A DNA stretch of 63,881 nucleotides, counting the filler, from Choristocarpus tenellus KU-1152 (taxonomy: Eukaryota; Protista; Phaeophyceae): assembly GCA_964200185.2 (NCBI GenBank). It is 14 parts of 14 records of this genome, joined end to end, with 100 filler letters (N's around TTAATTAATTAA, not from the genome) between each part and the next. Parts side by side here need not be neighbours in the genome. Positions count along the whole stretch, not along the records: positions 24,842 to 27,442 come from CAXNAD020026380.1; positions 27,543 to 31,766 come from CAXNAD020015606.1; positions 31,867 to 37,183 come from CAXNAD020011178.1; 11 more parts are not named here. One strand, given 5' to 3'. Positions 24,742 through 37,283 of the stretch are shown here, in pieces. The number at the start of each line of letters is the position of its first letter. Position 1 is the stretch's first letter. The notes beneath the pieces were generated by a model. The model was given only the letters and a program-made list of their open reading frames with translations, did no database searches and was not told the origin of the DNA. The translations under genes were made by a program, and so were the position numbers.

Positions 24742-26469
24742 NNNNNNNNNNNNNNNNNNNNNNNNNNNNNNNNNNNNNNNNNNNNTTAATTAATTAANNN
24801 NNNNNNNNNNNNNNNNNNNNNNNNNNNNNNNNNNNNNNNNNTGACCTGTGCCCCCAGCCAACCAGAATTCTCCCGCCCACAAAACTCAGTTTACTTCATA
24901 AACTATCACATTTTATATTTAATACGATTCCCCCCCTCAACAGAACTCATTACATGTACATTCATTCACAATAGTGTGCATATTGGTTGGTCTAGGATCG
25001 ACGTACAATACTGACCAAAAGAACGTGCAGTGATATCAAGTCATCAGGTTGGTGGGCTTAGAAGTGCTGCCCAGTTGGTTTCAACTCTGTGCGATCGTTC
25101 AACAAGCGTCGTGGAATGGTTTGACGGTGTCAGACATGGCATCAATCAATCCCACTCCTACAAGATTGTTACGCACGGATCAAGTGACGGTTGTCACTTT
25201 TCAACAGTCCCCACCTCCACGTCTTGGTAAGCTGATCTGTGATCGGGAACAGTTGAAAGAAGTGAAAACTTACCCGACAATTTGGGGTGGCAAACTTCTG
25301 TGTTACAATTGACCTTGTTGGGACAACATGTCGATATGGTGCATTAAGAAAAATAACCCAACAGCTAACTTTTGGGTGGAAGGAATGAGGCTGTAGAAGA
25401 AACTCTGTGGAAGGGTAGGCTACACCAACTGATCTCTGGACCTGATTTCAATTAGGTAGTATTTGAGATTGTGTGGTCACCTGGCCTGCACTAGGGCAGG
25501 ATCTCAAGACAGCACTACATTACCCAGACAGTAGTCCCGCAGAAGAGCAAGAGCAAGAGTTTAAAGTTGTCAAATTTTTCGATAAGAAGATGTCGTTATG
25601 CCACTACTCTCGAAGAGTCGCTAGTCTCGTGGGAGACAACTGGGTCAATGGTATAGTGTATACCTCAGTATCTTGGTTGAAGTAGGATTTGGCCTTTCAG
25701 ATTGACTTGAACGGGGTCGAACGAAATGGATGGAAATTTTGTGGCTAATTAAATTGACCACATGTCTGAAATGGATTAATCTGTGACCGGGGATATGTCG
25801 TGGCTCAGATACTCCCCTCCCCCTGGTGATAAGCCTTACATTTATTTCTTCGTCAATCTCAGGTAAGTCCACTCCACCCAGGGGAAACACGGAATGATAC
25901 CTGCCCCCCCTGCGACATTTTTTTCAAAAACAAGTCCGGCTCGGTGCTAATGCCCAACAGTGCTTCTCTTCAACCATGGAGGTAGGGAGTAACTGAACGG
26001 AATCCACCAGCTCTCGTGATTTGTTGTACAAACGACGGTGTTGCGAAAAGTAAACACGAACCTGTCCTTAGCTGGGTTGAATTCGATGTCAACATTAAAA
26101 ATGATCTGTTGTGCACTAAACATGTACTTGGGCGATGAGTGCTGGGTGTGTGTCTAGAACATTGCAGAGAGATGGTTGATAGTCTAGAAGTAGGATAAAC
26201 CATAATGTGTGCAGTAGAGCATGATCAAGTACCTAACCATGTATATCTTCCTCACGGCCTTACGTTAAGTTCGATATTTCCCAGCAGTTTCACAACACGG
26301 TACACTTCTTCAAATCTGGAAACCCTGGAACTAAACCGGCAAGACCACAAAACCAGTAGCTTGTGGCAGGGATGCTTCTGGGGAAGTTCTTGCAAAGTTT
26401 AAGGAAGGCTCCCACTCCTTCGCTGTACTCAACCTTAAGAACAAGGTAAGAACTAAAGAATGTCACCCT

Positions 26470-27200
26470 TTACTCAACATATCTCCCCACCCCTTTCCCT
26501 GTGAGAAAGTTCAAGGGATTACATGGTCATATGGAGAGGTTACAATTTCATTGTCACCATCAGATGCTCTGATATTTTGGCAGTCATCCGCAACAACTTT
26601 AAATGTCCTCACCCTCCAAAAATACATCCTTTGTTGTTGACAGCATAATGCATGTATCCATTCGCCCCTCCTGTGATGTACCCAGTGATAGTGATAGTGG
26701 TTAATAATGTCTCCTCTTGCTCCCGATGCCTTGACCCATGAACGTATTCGTAATGATGTGTATCTTTCATCTTTGTATCTGTTTTATTTTTGGTAAAGGT
26801 GGCTGTGTGGAAAGACTTCAACAAAAAATGCTTATCATCAGGGGGTTTAATTTAATGCAAGGGAAAAAAACATTGGATGGTGAGTTGTGCTAGATTGAGT
26901 TGAAATCGTGAAGGAAGTGGTTATGTTGGATGCTTTTTCTGGTGATTAACCTCTTCAAACATTTTGCCTGTGGATGAGATGTTTTGAGTGATTGTAGTAT
27001 TATTTACTCTAGCTGTAGTCTTGGGTGAAGACCAAACCCTTACAAATTCTCATTATTTTCATCCATCTTTAACCTATGTAACATTTTTTCAATTGTATCC
27101 TTTGTTTCTAGTTGCTGAGGTTGTGATTTGTTGTGCTATCTAATGCACTGTAGCAGTTAAAAGAATGGGGATTCACTCTGCTGGGTGAATACTTTGTGAT
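26470..27200 (-). pseudogene. Possible decayed LTR-retrotransposon 3' end
   Basis: The minus strand has a polypurine tract GGGAAAGGGGTGGGGAGA followed by TATGTTG (PPT plus LTR-like start). Upstream frames are full of stops, with only faint Copia-like words. Confidence 0.28.
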
Positions 27201-27542
27201 AGGAGTTCAATGGGGAGAAGACGTTTACTGTAGGGTTACAATGACTTTCAATTTTTTTTTCAGCCAAATTTTTTGTTTTGGATGGTCTTACGTCTTTGAT
27301 AGTACAGCACACATCGAAGCCGACTATGTCTTTTCACCAGTGGCATATCTGCGGTCAATACTTTGCTGCAAGAATAATGCCTCAAAAGGGGGTGTATGGG
27401 GGGTTTTGGGTGGGAGGGGTGTGTGAGGTGGTCCCAAGAGGANNNNNNNNNNNNNNNNNNNNNNNNNNNNNNNNNNNNNNNNNNNNTTAATTAATTAANN
27501 NNNNNNNNNNNNNNNNNNNNNNNNNNNNNNNNNNNNNNNNNN

Positions 27543-27746
27543 CTTGACTTCCCATGGGTTTTTTATGACATTTTCTTACTCCAAAGTGTTTAGGAAGTAG
27601 GTAAAATGTATACGTCATGAAAAGGTGTGCCCGAAACATAGATATTGACACCTAACAAACACGATAGCCAAAATTACATCAAAATCGCAACATTGGATTT
27701 TGACCCCCAAATGGATACGGCTCTACCCTCTAAGATACTTTGGCTC
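27543..27746 (+). mobile_element. MITE-A partial copy (contig edge)
   Basis: Internal body plus TIR TACCCTCTAAGATACTTTGGCTC. Confidence 0.85.
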
Positions 27747-29296
27747 CTTACCAAACCCCCCTCTTTCAGTTACCACTACTTGAACACTTTTTTCCTGAGT
27801 GATCTTCCGAGGGATTGCTCTCCCTCTTTGACTTGTCTCTCTTTGATCTTGCCTCCTGTGGGTCTTCCCGCCCCCCTTCATTACGAAGAACCTGTCGGCT
27901 TGTTTCCATCTGTTTCACACATAAACGTTAGTGCAATATGTCAGAGACTTCTACATGTTTGTTCTGTAGAAGGAGAAGGGACTGAAGAGTTGCCAGTATA
28001 TTTTTTATTCAACATGTGATGCGTCTTTTTTTCAGTTTGTGTAGATATATGCAACATGTGGGAGGTTGACATTGTTGCTCCAGCCTTCAGGCTGGTACAT
28101 CCTTTTTGCTGCCTTCCTTGACAGCCTTCCATGCATCCACCTTTCTTTATCTAGGTGTCGCGAAGGAAGACAAGGAGTTGCACATATCCTGGGTCCAGCC
28201 TGCTCGTCTTTGTAGGTTACCATATTCCTAGGTGTTGAGATCATAATATGTGCTCTGAGTGTGCTCTGTATGTATCAACAATGACCAAATGTATCCAGCA
28301 AGTTTTGGACAGGCTCAATATCGGTGTGTGTTGGCGAACCTATCCTCCTACCCTAAAACAGGTGATAATAATTGGTTTGAGATTTGGGTTTTGATTGAAC
28401 TGCGATTTATTGAAATCAGACCGATTTATTGGGTATGATTCACAACACTCATATTATTAATAGTAATAATATTACTAGTAGCGTAGTAGTAATAATGTTG
28501 ATGTGTGTATCTGGGATGTCATGATCTCCATGTGTAACACATAAAACAGAGTCACTGTCACGCGAAAAATCTTTCTAGGACAAAGATACATTTTTGTTTG
28601 TTTTTTGAACTGTTCCAAGTGTTTGAAAGGAGTCCACAAAATTTACCAGTCCACAAAATTTCGAACCTGCTTAAGAGAATTTAATATTCCTCTCCTATCG
28701 TAATCATCGAATGATAACATACAAACGAGCTGATTGATCCTAGGTAGAAAAGGGACCTGGAAGAACAGGAAAAGGGAGGAGGGTATTGACTTGATAAACC
28801 TCTACTCTGTTTTCATTTCTCTTCTGCCAGTTGTGCTAAGGTCAGTCCAAGCCATCGCTTTTGAACAATGTGTGTGTAGAATTCAGACAATAAACAGATA
28901 CCATTTTGTTGCTGATCTGGTCCGTGGCCGACTGCATTGTGACGAAACCATCGGGCGTGGGTACGGTGTGAAGGGCAATTAAATGCAATGGGTGCACGAA
29001 AGCGGATTCCCACTGTATTCATTCTAAGTACCTGAACTGCATCCATGTTCTGCGCAAGTCTATCTCTTAGTAGCAAGTGTAGTATCCAAACCCCTCACCT
29101 CATCAGTACCTCGTTTTCTCGTTTCTGTCTACGGTGAAAGTCCCCCAGATTATCCACAGGAATTTCCATTGGCTTGTTGAGGGATTTGCATCTCTTGGGA
29201 GAAAAGGTGACCCAAACTTGGACGTTTGGTTGATGTTCGCTGTCTGACATCAAGTAGAGGAACCGTTGCTGTCCTCCAACACGGAAGGGGGTTCCC

Positions 29297-30384
29297 ATGG
29301 GTAATGTGTTGCCCAGATGGGGCACTGGGGTAGCTATCAATATACTGGGCTCAATAGCCATCAACTTCGGCACGAACCTCATGAAGCTGAGCCACAAGGT
29401 ATGGGACTGATCAGGTCTATCTTAAGAAGATGGATGGAATGTAATTTGAAGGCGTCATTGGTTGGGTGCATATGGCAAATAGTTTCGAAGAGATAGCTTG
29501 AGCAGAGTCGCAATAGTGTTTAACACCTTACCTCGAGAGCGCCAGGTTCTTGAATGAGCGGTGTGCACGACACACCCCAACTCATATCGAGGTTGACCAA
29601 GTTTTTATTTGGGAAGTAGTAGACCCGATTTGTTATGGACAAGGTTCATGATAAGTTACCCGAATACAGAAGTCGTTCCTGCTTATTCAACTCGGTCATC
29701 GCGATGCAGTTATGTTGTTGTCCGTTCTGGTTCCTCACGGAAGAGGTCATCTAATCCCTAGGAACGACTATTATTAGTTTCACCACTGCGATGCCACACA
29801 GATGGCTAGTAAAGGAGCTTATCTCTCAATCCACTCTCTATACCCCCCTTCCTTGCGCCCCTCGCACATTACCGCAGATCGAGAAGGGAGAGCTCCGAGC
29901 TTCCTCAAACACCCGTATCCATGCCCATCCCGAATCTGACAGCACTACCACAATATCTCCGGCGAACCCTCCACCTGAAGAACAGGAATGGCCTGGAAGG
30001 GAGGCTGGTCATTCTCAGGAGGAAAACGATCCTTTGCTCCAGGCCACGCACGGTGGAAAGTGGGCCAGCAATGGTAGTTGGGGTGCCGGTGCTGCTGTGG
30101 GAGAGGAAAATGTCAATGGTACAAGGGGTGGAGATGTAGAGGAAGACCTTGAAAAGGGCAGCAGTTCTGCGTCAGTGCTGGGGGACCGAGGTGTTGACAG
30201 CAGTGGATTGGCTGGTGGTCGGGGAAGCTCATCGAAGCTCAAGGCAAAGATGACGTGGCGCGGGGGGGCTCTCACGCTGCTGTTGGGAAGCCTGATTAAC
30301 TTTGTCTCACTGAGTTTTGCCCCACAGAGCCTTCTGGCTAGCCTTGGGTCTGTCCAGTTCATCTCAAACGTGGTCTTCGGAAAG
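29297..30384 (+). CDS. NIPA: 5' part of a NIPA-family magnesium transporter (plant NIPA8-like)
   Basis: Exon 29297-29398 encodes MGNVLPRWGTGVAINILGSIAINFGTNLMKLSHK. Exon 29878-30384 ends WRGGALTLLLGSLINFVSLSFAPQSLLASLGSVQFISNVVFGK. The intron is GT-AG, phase 0. Confidence 0.88.
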
Positions 30385-31275
30385 GTGAGGGTTAGCTCTG
30401 GTGGCTGGATAGGTGAGGTGGTGGGTTGCGATTTCTTTGTTTTGTGCATGTTTGTAGCATTGTTCTTTTGTAGCGGTACATTCATGGCAAGCAGGGGTTA
30501 TCGTTGTGACATAGTAGTGCAATGATTTCAAGGTTAGGGTTAGGTTTAACGATTGGCAATGTGGACTATGGACAAATGCATCCTTTTTAACTTGATGGTA
30601 TATGTGTATAACCCTAACCCTATATATATATATATACAGAGTAATGATTTTGTCAGTCTGCCTTCCGAAACCTTCACTCTTTGCAGCACATTAGGGTGAG
30701 AAAATGTCCTCCTCTGGACTTGTTGAGTAGGGGATACTTCACGAAATATGGGGACTATCCCTCCATACATCACCACTGCAGCTCACCAGGTCGACAGTGA
30801 CATGTTCCCCTCAGTAAACAAGGTATCACACTATTAATACTGCTATCATGTGTTTTTAGGTGAGTTGTTTCTGCACCACAGTATTGCTCTGATTGAGGGA
30901 AAGAATCGCGTGAGATCGCGCGCCCTAGATGTAACTGTATTGTTCCCCTTCACTCTTCAACGTCAAATAGGAGAAATTGGAGATGTTGTTACCGAGAAGC
31001 TTCTCCTCCTCTCCTCTCAGAGTTATGTACCAGGAAAGAAATGGGATAAAACAATCGATCGTTTCGCGGATTTCTCTTGACTGCGCTGCTGAAAGAAAGG
31101 GCTCATGTCCTCTTAAAGAAGGCGTTTCTGCAAGTTGAAAATTGAATGCATTTTTTTTTTTTTTAGGGGGGGTTGGCTAGAGAGTAGGTAGGGTCTCATC
31201 TGTTGTGACTGTCCACTCTACCGCCTTGTGACCTGATGGAAAACGAGCAACTCCGCTCACCTTTGTAAGGCGGGA

Positions 31276-31307
<32 letters not shown>

Positions 31308-31688
31308 TTAATTTCTACACTATACCTATTGCCCCGCTTTTTTTTTCTCAACAAGAAAATAGAGCGTGTATTTGAGGACAATTTTATACCCGAGGGAAGG
31401 GTGCACAAGCACACTCTTATGCAGCAGTACTGTGATAATGATGGATTCTGTGAGTTACTACAGATTTGGCTACAGAGCCAGTTGATGTTATCGACTTAAA
31501 TCAACACAGTAGTATTAAAATAGTATTAATTGCATTAACCGTAGAGTTTGGGAAAAGCGGCTAAATAACCCAGCAAACCCCTTACAATTCTGTCGGCACT
31601 GACCTGGTTTAGGGGCTGCTAATCCAAGGACTGATTGGTGCTTTATCTTTTGTGGTGCATTCAGATTCCATGAGGGGGCGGTGGAGGG

Positions 31689-31722
<34 letters not shown>

Positions 31723-31866
31723 CGGGGGTTGGGGTGGGGGGGAGGGGGAGGGCAAAGGTGTGAACCNNNNNNNNNNNNNNNNNNNNNNNNNNNNNNNNNN
31801 NNNNNNNNNNTTAATTAATTAANNNNNNNNNNNNNNNNNNNNNNNNNNNNNNNNNNNNNNNNNNNN

Positions 31867-31968
31867 CTACAAATGTATATATTTTACCTACTACGAAACA
31901 TTTTGGAGTCGGAAAATGTCATAAAAAAATCCAGGGAAAAATTCGTACCCTCTAAGATAGTTTCACTC
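31867..31968 (-). mobile_element. MITE-A partial, internally deleted copy (contig edge)
   Basis: Hairpin plus TIR TACCCTCTAAGATAGTTTCACTC. Confidence 0.8.
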
Positions 31969-32947
31969 AAAAAGAATTAGGTTGAGAAGTCTACACTTTC
32001 TTGGTGAAGAGAGAATAGGTGCGTATCCCTTCCATGATAATCGGGCTCATCTATGGCTATCCCTTTGCACTGTATGTAACGCTAAACACCAGGCGTGTTG
32101 GAAGGTAAAAACAGACGACAGGAATTCCTCTTCGTGCAAGGTGACCAGGTGCGTATGGCTTGAGGATGATGTGAACCGACCGCGACATGCCATCCTCCTG
32201 GGCCTGACTCGACCCGAAATACATTTTCTCTCTCTCCTTCTGTTTGTTTCCTCTGTCCCATTTCCAACGTGCCCACCCAATGCAGACATCCCGCGATCAA
32301 CTGAGAGGCTTAGTCCAACCACCGAACGCCGCCATGCCTCCAAAGCGAACCAGAAGGTGATTCCCCATAAAAGAAACGTTCACCCTTCGTGCAGCCTACT
32401 CTGGAGCGTTTCTGAATGACCTATATTGCAAACACACCATCATGATATAGCGTCTTTGGCGGATGTTACGGCTTTCATCCATTCACGTAGCATATATTAT
32501 AATGTGGCTGACATGATGGTGTACCCAAGCAGTTGTATGACACCCTAGTCACGGCCCCTAATCCAAACATGGTCGCATAGTGTGCCATACTCATCGCATC
32601 CATCCAGGGTCGAGCCTTCCTCGTCTACTGGCCGTTTGCGATGTGTGTAACGTATCCCGCCAATTACTATCTGCATGTTCCTCTCTATACTAAATTCCAA
32701 CATGTCATGTATTCGGCTTTTACGAAAGCACGAACATGCCCCTCCCAGTAGGAATGATGTCGTTATTTCTTTCTTAATGTATAGCCCAAATCCGGGTTAG
32801 GTCTACATGACGTTGCTGTTCACCACGCTACATCGATTCACACGAGATAGGCCGTACAAACAGACACGACACAGACATGGTCCTAATTACATTCCCTTGC
32901 ATTTCAATACATTGCAAAGCGGTAGCGATTGAGACCTCAATGCTTTA

Positions 32948-33207
32948 GAGCCAAAGTATCTTAGAAGATAGAGCCGCGTCCATCTGGGGGCCAAACGTCA
33001 ATGTTGCGATTTGGGTGTAATTTTGACTGTCGTGCTTGTTGGGAAGTATCAATATCCATGTTCCGGACACACCTTTTCATAGCATACACACTTTACCTAC
33101 TCCTAAATATTTTGGAGTAGGAAAAATGTCATAAAAGAAGCCATGGGAAGCCAAGTCTCAAATGGACAAACAGTGCAAACCTCGTACCCTCTGAGGTACT
33201 TTCGCTC
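32948..33207 (-). mobile_element. MITE-A full copy
   Basis: GAGCCAAAGTATCTTAGAAG...TACCCTCTGAGGTACTTTCGCTC. Flanks are TTTA/TTAT, an imperfect TSD. Confidence 0.88.
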
Positions 33208-33615
33208 TTATGTACGAAGGTCTTCAGGACTACGACCATACCAATTTCGTCCACCACTGCTATGTTGCCACCTGTGTAAATATTTTGTCGGAAGCTCTAG
33301 ATATAGAATACCGAGTGAAAGCAATTTCGCGTCAAAATCGGCGTAAACCCTATGCACACCAGTCTGTCTGTCTATTCGGCAGTATTGTCCACGGCTTTGT
33401 CGACACTGGCGAATTTTTGTTTCGTGTATACTAAGAGGCCTCCATGTCATGGCGCTTTGAAATCCAGGGAGTAAATGCTCACATTAGGCCAAGATTGGTG
33501 ACGTGTGCTGTGTTGAAGAGTTTCCAACGTATCTACCCCTCATTACATTTTTCTCTGTCGTGAACACAACCACACGGCTCAACACATGTTTTCGTGTTCA
33601 TTTGTATTCGGAGCT

Positions 33616-34545
33616 TGTACCAAGCAGCTGTCAAGCAGTGGTCACACACCAACATTTTCAAACTCAATGTCCCGTATTTGTTACCTTTATAACCGTGTAC
33701 ACACCAGCTGTCAATGGTGGTGTCACCAACGTTTTCACATTCGATGCCCTCTATTTATTACCTTTACAACCGTGTACACACCAGCTGTCGATGGTGGTGT
33801 CACCAACGTTTTCAAATTCGATGGCCTGTATTTGTTACCTTTATAACCATACACACACCAACTGTCAATGGTGGTGACCAACGTTTTCAAATTCGATGCC
33901 CTGTATTTGTTACCTTTACAGCCGTGCACACACTGACTGTCAATGGTGGTATCACCAACGTTTTCTAATTCGATGCCCTCTATTTATTATCTTTACAACC
34001 GTGTACACACCAGCTGTCAGTAGTGGTATCACCAACATTTTCAAATTCGATGCCCTCTATTTGTTACCTTTAAAATCGTGTATACACGATCTGTCAATAG
34101 TGGTGGCTGTATTTATTACATTTGGGTTAGTGTACACACCAGCTGTCAGCAGTGGTAACACCAACGTTTTCAAATTTGATGCCCCGTATTTGCTACCTTT
34201 ACAACTGTGTACACAACAGCTGTCAATGGTGGTGTCACCAACATTTTCTAATTCGATGACCTGTATTTACTACCTTTACAGGCTGTGTACACACCAGCTG
34301 TCAATGGTGGTGTCACCAACGTTTTCAAATTCGATGTCCTGTATTTGTTACCTTTACAACCGTGTACACACCACCTGTCAGCAGTGGTAATACCAACGTT
34401 TTCAAATTCGATACCCTGTATTTGTTACCTTCATAACCGTGTACACACCAGCTGTCAATGGTGGTGTCACCAACGTTTTCAAATTCGATGCCCTGTATTC
34501 ATTACCTTTTCCACCGTGTACACACCAGTTGTCAATAGTGGTATC
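33616..34545. repeat. 77-bp minisatellite, ~12 units
   Basis: Unit ACCGTGTACACACCAGCTGTCAATGGTGGTGTCACCAACGTTTTCAAATTCGATGCCCTGTATTTGTTACCTTTACA, starting at 33692, 33769, 33846 and onward. One shortened unit lies near 34075. Confidence 0.95.
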
Positions 34546-34646
34546 ATGAAAATCACGATCGTCACATCTATATTGTATTTGATCGAAACCGTTCATAACC
34601 ATATTCTGCCACCCCAGTCACTGACAATGTAAGCTTCGAAGTCAAT

Positions 34647-34905
34647 GTTGCCTAAGTATCTTAGAGGGTACGAGTTTTTCGCTGGTTGTTCTTTGGGGCT
34701 TGGCTGCCCACGGGTTTTCAACGACTTATTGCACTTACGCAAAAATGTTTTGGAGAAGTACAATGTGTACATTATGGAAAGGAGTGTCAGAAAAAAGGAC
34801 TTTGACATCTCCAAAAAAAAATGATGGCAAGAATTACAGCAAAAATGCAACAATTGAATTCGGCCGCCAAATGGATGCGGCTCTACCCCTAAGATACTTC
34901 AACCC
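34647..34905 (+). mobile_element. MITE-A diverged copy
   Basis: AAGTATCTTAGAGGGTACG...ATGGATGCGGCTCTACCCCTAAGATACTT. Confidence 0.75.
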
Positions 34906-36604
34906 GCACTCATAATACCAACCCTAACCCTAACCGAAATAAATTTCCTACACTTCGAACACTAATCCCAATCCACGAAGAGACATATTTCACCTTGCAT
35001 CGACGTAGTTGCAATTCAGTGGCTATCATCTGAATTGATTATAGCGAATTCAACCTAACCTTTTTCCGAAATTGGAACATGGGTTGCAGTTTCATATGTT
35101 GCGAGTAATCAATCAACTGATCCGAAATAGAAGCAAGATTCCACGATGCAATTACACGCACCACAACATCCGTCTGTCGAGTGTGACGTGGTGACACCTT
35201 CGATACGCACATGTAAGGGCTCCGATACCATTGGAACCTTTCCGATAAAGTTCGTATCGCTTTGCAATGCAATCTCGATAAAATTCGCATGATGGTATCA
35301 TCACGCGCGCGTTTCTCAGTCCAAAACCCCGCCAACCCTAAAGTTAGAATTTGATCGCTTCTACCGACCGACAGAACATACCAAATTTGTACTTAAGTTC
35401 CAAAATCGACATGTACGTATCAAACTGGTGCATTCATGCTGTCACTTCTGCGGTTCGACGTAATGTTTTTCTGCTCAGGATTCTTGTTTCAAATCGATAT
35501 ACACCCCCCCCAACCGTCTTGCCACGCATTGGAATTTGATGGCCTTTACCGTTCGACAGAACACATCAAATTAAATTCATTACTACCTGCCATATGTCAA
35601 GCATAAACCTGCGCATGGTTGCCCTCCCGACATCCAACCCGGGTCAGTGCATAAATTCCTTTCATCTTCATCTTTTTCTTTCGCGGTTCGACGTAATGTT
35701 TTCCTGCCTAGGTTGTTATTCTTATTTCAAATCGACACACACACCCCCAACCGTCTTGCCACGCTTTTGAAATTGATGGCCCTTACCGTTTGATAGAACA
35801 CATTCTCAGCGAGGAGGTACTCAACGGAGTGTGAGGTTCATCATCTCATCTGTCCACCGTATTTGAGTTCATATCAAGCCACCTTACAATAAACGCCCTG
35901 ATCGTGCACATTAATGTAACCTCATAAAATCCACGGATGAAAAGGGACCTCGTGTTGAGGGAGGATGTGGAGGAGGGTACAAAATACCTGGACATCGTCA
36001 AATACTCTGAGTGGGCGTTACCCTGAATACCAGTGACGAACACACAGGCAAGCAAATTCACAATTATACCACATCGCCATACGCTAACATCAAACATCGT
36101 TCCCTATACCAAACACACAACCTAGACCCTCACAGATCTTACCGACGTTGGACAGTTTGACATCGTACATTGTCACAGGTTTCTCTGGTTTAATAATATG
36201 TCACGAAGTTTCTCGTCGAACAGATAGATTCATACTTTCGCTGTGTTGTGCCGACCGACAGAACCTGGCAAAAGAAGGGGAATCATATCGCGGTTCATGT
36301 ACTATAGTCCTATACGTATCCTCTTCACCCTGTGTTACAAGCCCTACTTGTCTTCCTGATTTATGGACTCGAATAATCCGCCCAAGTTAAACAAGCCGCA
36401 CGTACTCTAATCCATCCATCTTTTCCTCAGCCTCTGCCTCCTCCTCTGTATCCTGCCTCGCTTACTCCTTCTCACCAACCTCTACCTCATCCTTTGCCTC
36501 CTAACGCTAACCCCTCTTCCCGTTGTTTTGCCTCCTACTTCGCCACGTCCTTTGCCTACTCCTCCACCATCACAGAGATAACACGAGTCACAAACATTGT
36601 AATC

Positions 36605-37183
36605 ATGCCAGAGAAAAACGTCAGGTCCGAGCACGACCTTGACAAGTTCAAGTCTGAAACGAGCGCCACCCACGAGAGAGAAGTCGCCCTTCTCCAGACC
36701 CGACCAGGAGACATCGAAATCATATGCATCGCCCTTGGGGACAACTTCGATCCGGATCGTATCCAACTCCTCATAGACGAACTCTCCACCTTCTGCAATT
36801 TTGCACTGGTGAAGACACCGGTAGCTCGTGGCGCGTCCACACCCATACCTTGTGGAAGACCCAACCCACCAGGTGATGAAGAGGAACAGGATAACCCATC
36901 GGCTAACCCTACAGTAGGTACGGGAAGCAGGACTCTATCAGGGGGAAGGCATACAACCACACCCTCGGAACACGTCTCTGAAGGCGATGGGGACCGACCC
37001 GTTTGTAACACTTTGTCAGGTCCAGAGGAACTCGCACAGGAGGACGTGAGGGGGCGGCTAGGTAGGGACTCAGAGTCCACGCCTGTCAGGAGTGACCCAT
37101 GTATGTCCCCAAACGCCCATTCGGTGGGTAGTAGCGGCGACGAGTCCAAGGTGCCAGGGAACACCTACGACAATACTGTGGGG
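36605..37183 (+). CDS. Hypothetical protein, 3'-truncated by the contig end
   Basis: GC-richer open frame of ~193 codons from ATG 36605 (MPEKNVRSEHDLDKF...), with a short globular-looking segment and then a disordered S/P/G/E tail. No family recognised. Confidence 0.45.
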
Positions 37184-37283
37184 NNNNNNNNNNNNNNNNN
37201 NNNNNNNNNNNNNNNNNNNNNNNNNNNTTAATTAATTAANNNNNNNNNNNNNNNNNNNNNNNNNNNNNNNNNNNNNNNNNNNN

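Noticed and set aside
32460-32700. OTU-like protease remnant on the minus strand (W.DAM...YNICYVNG)
   Set aside because: Too short, interrupted by stops, and the catalytic motifs were not found.
33503-34632. Repeat-protein ORFs or CRISPR in the 77-bp array
   Set aside because: The period is not divisible by 3, all frames cycle through the same words, and there are no spacers.
32948-34905. Composite transposon bounded by two inverted MITE-A copies
   Set aside because: The outer flanks show no shared TSD and the two copies differ greatly in divergence.
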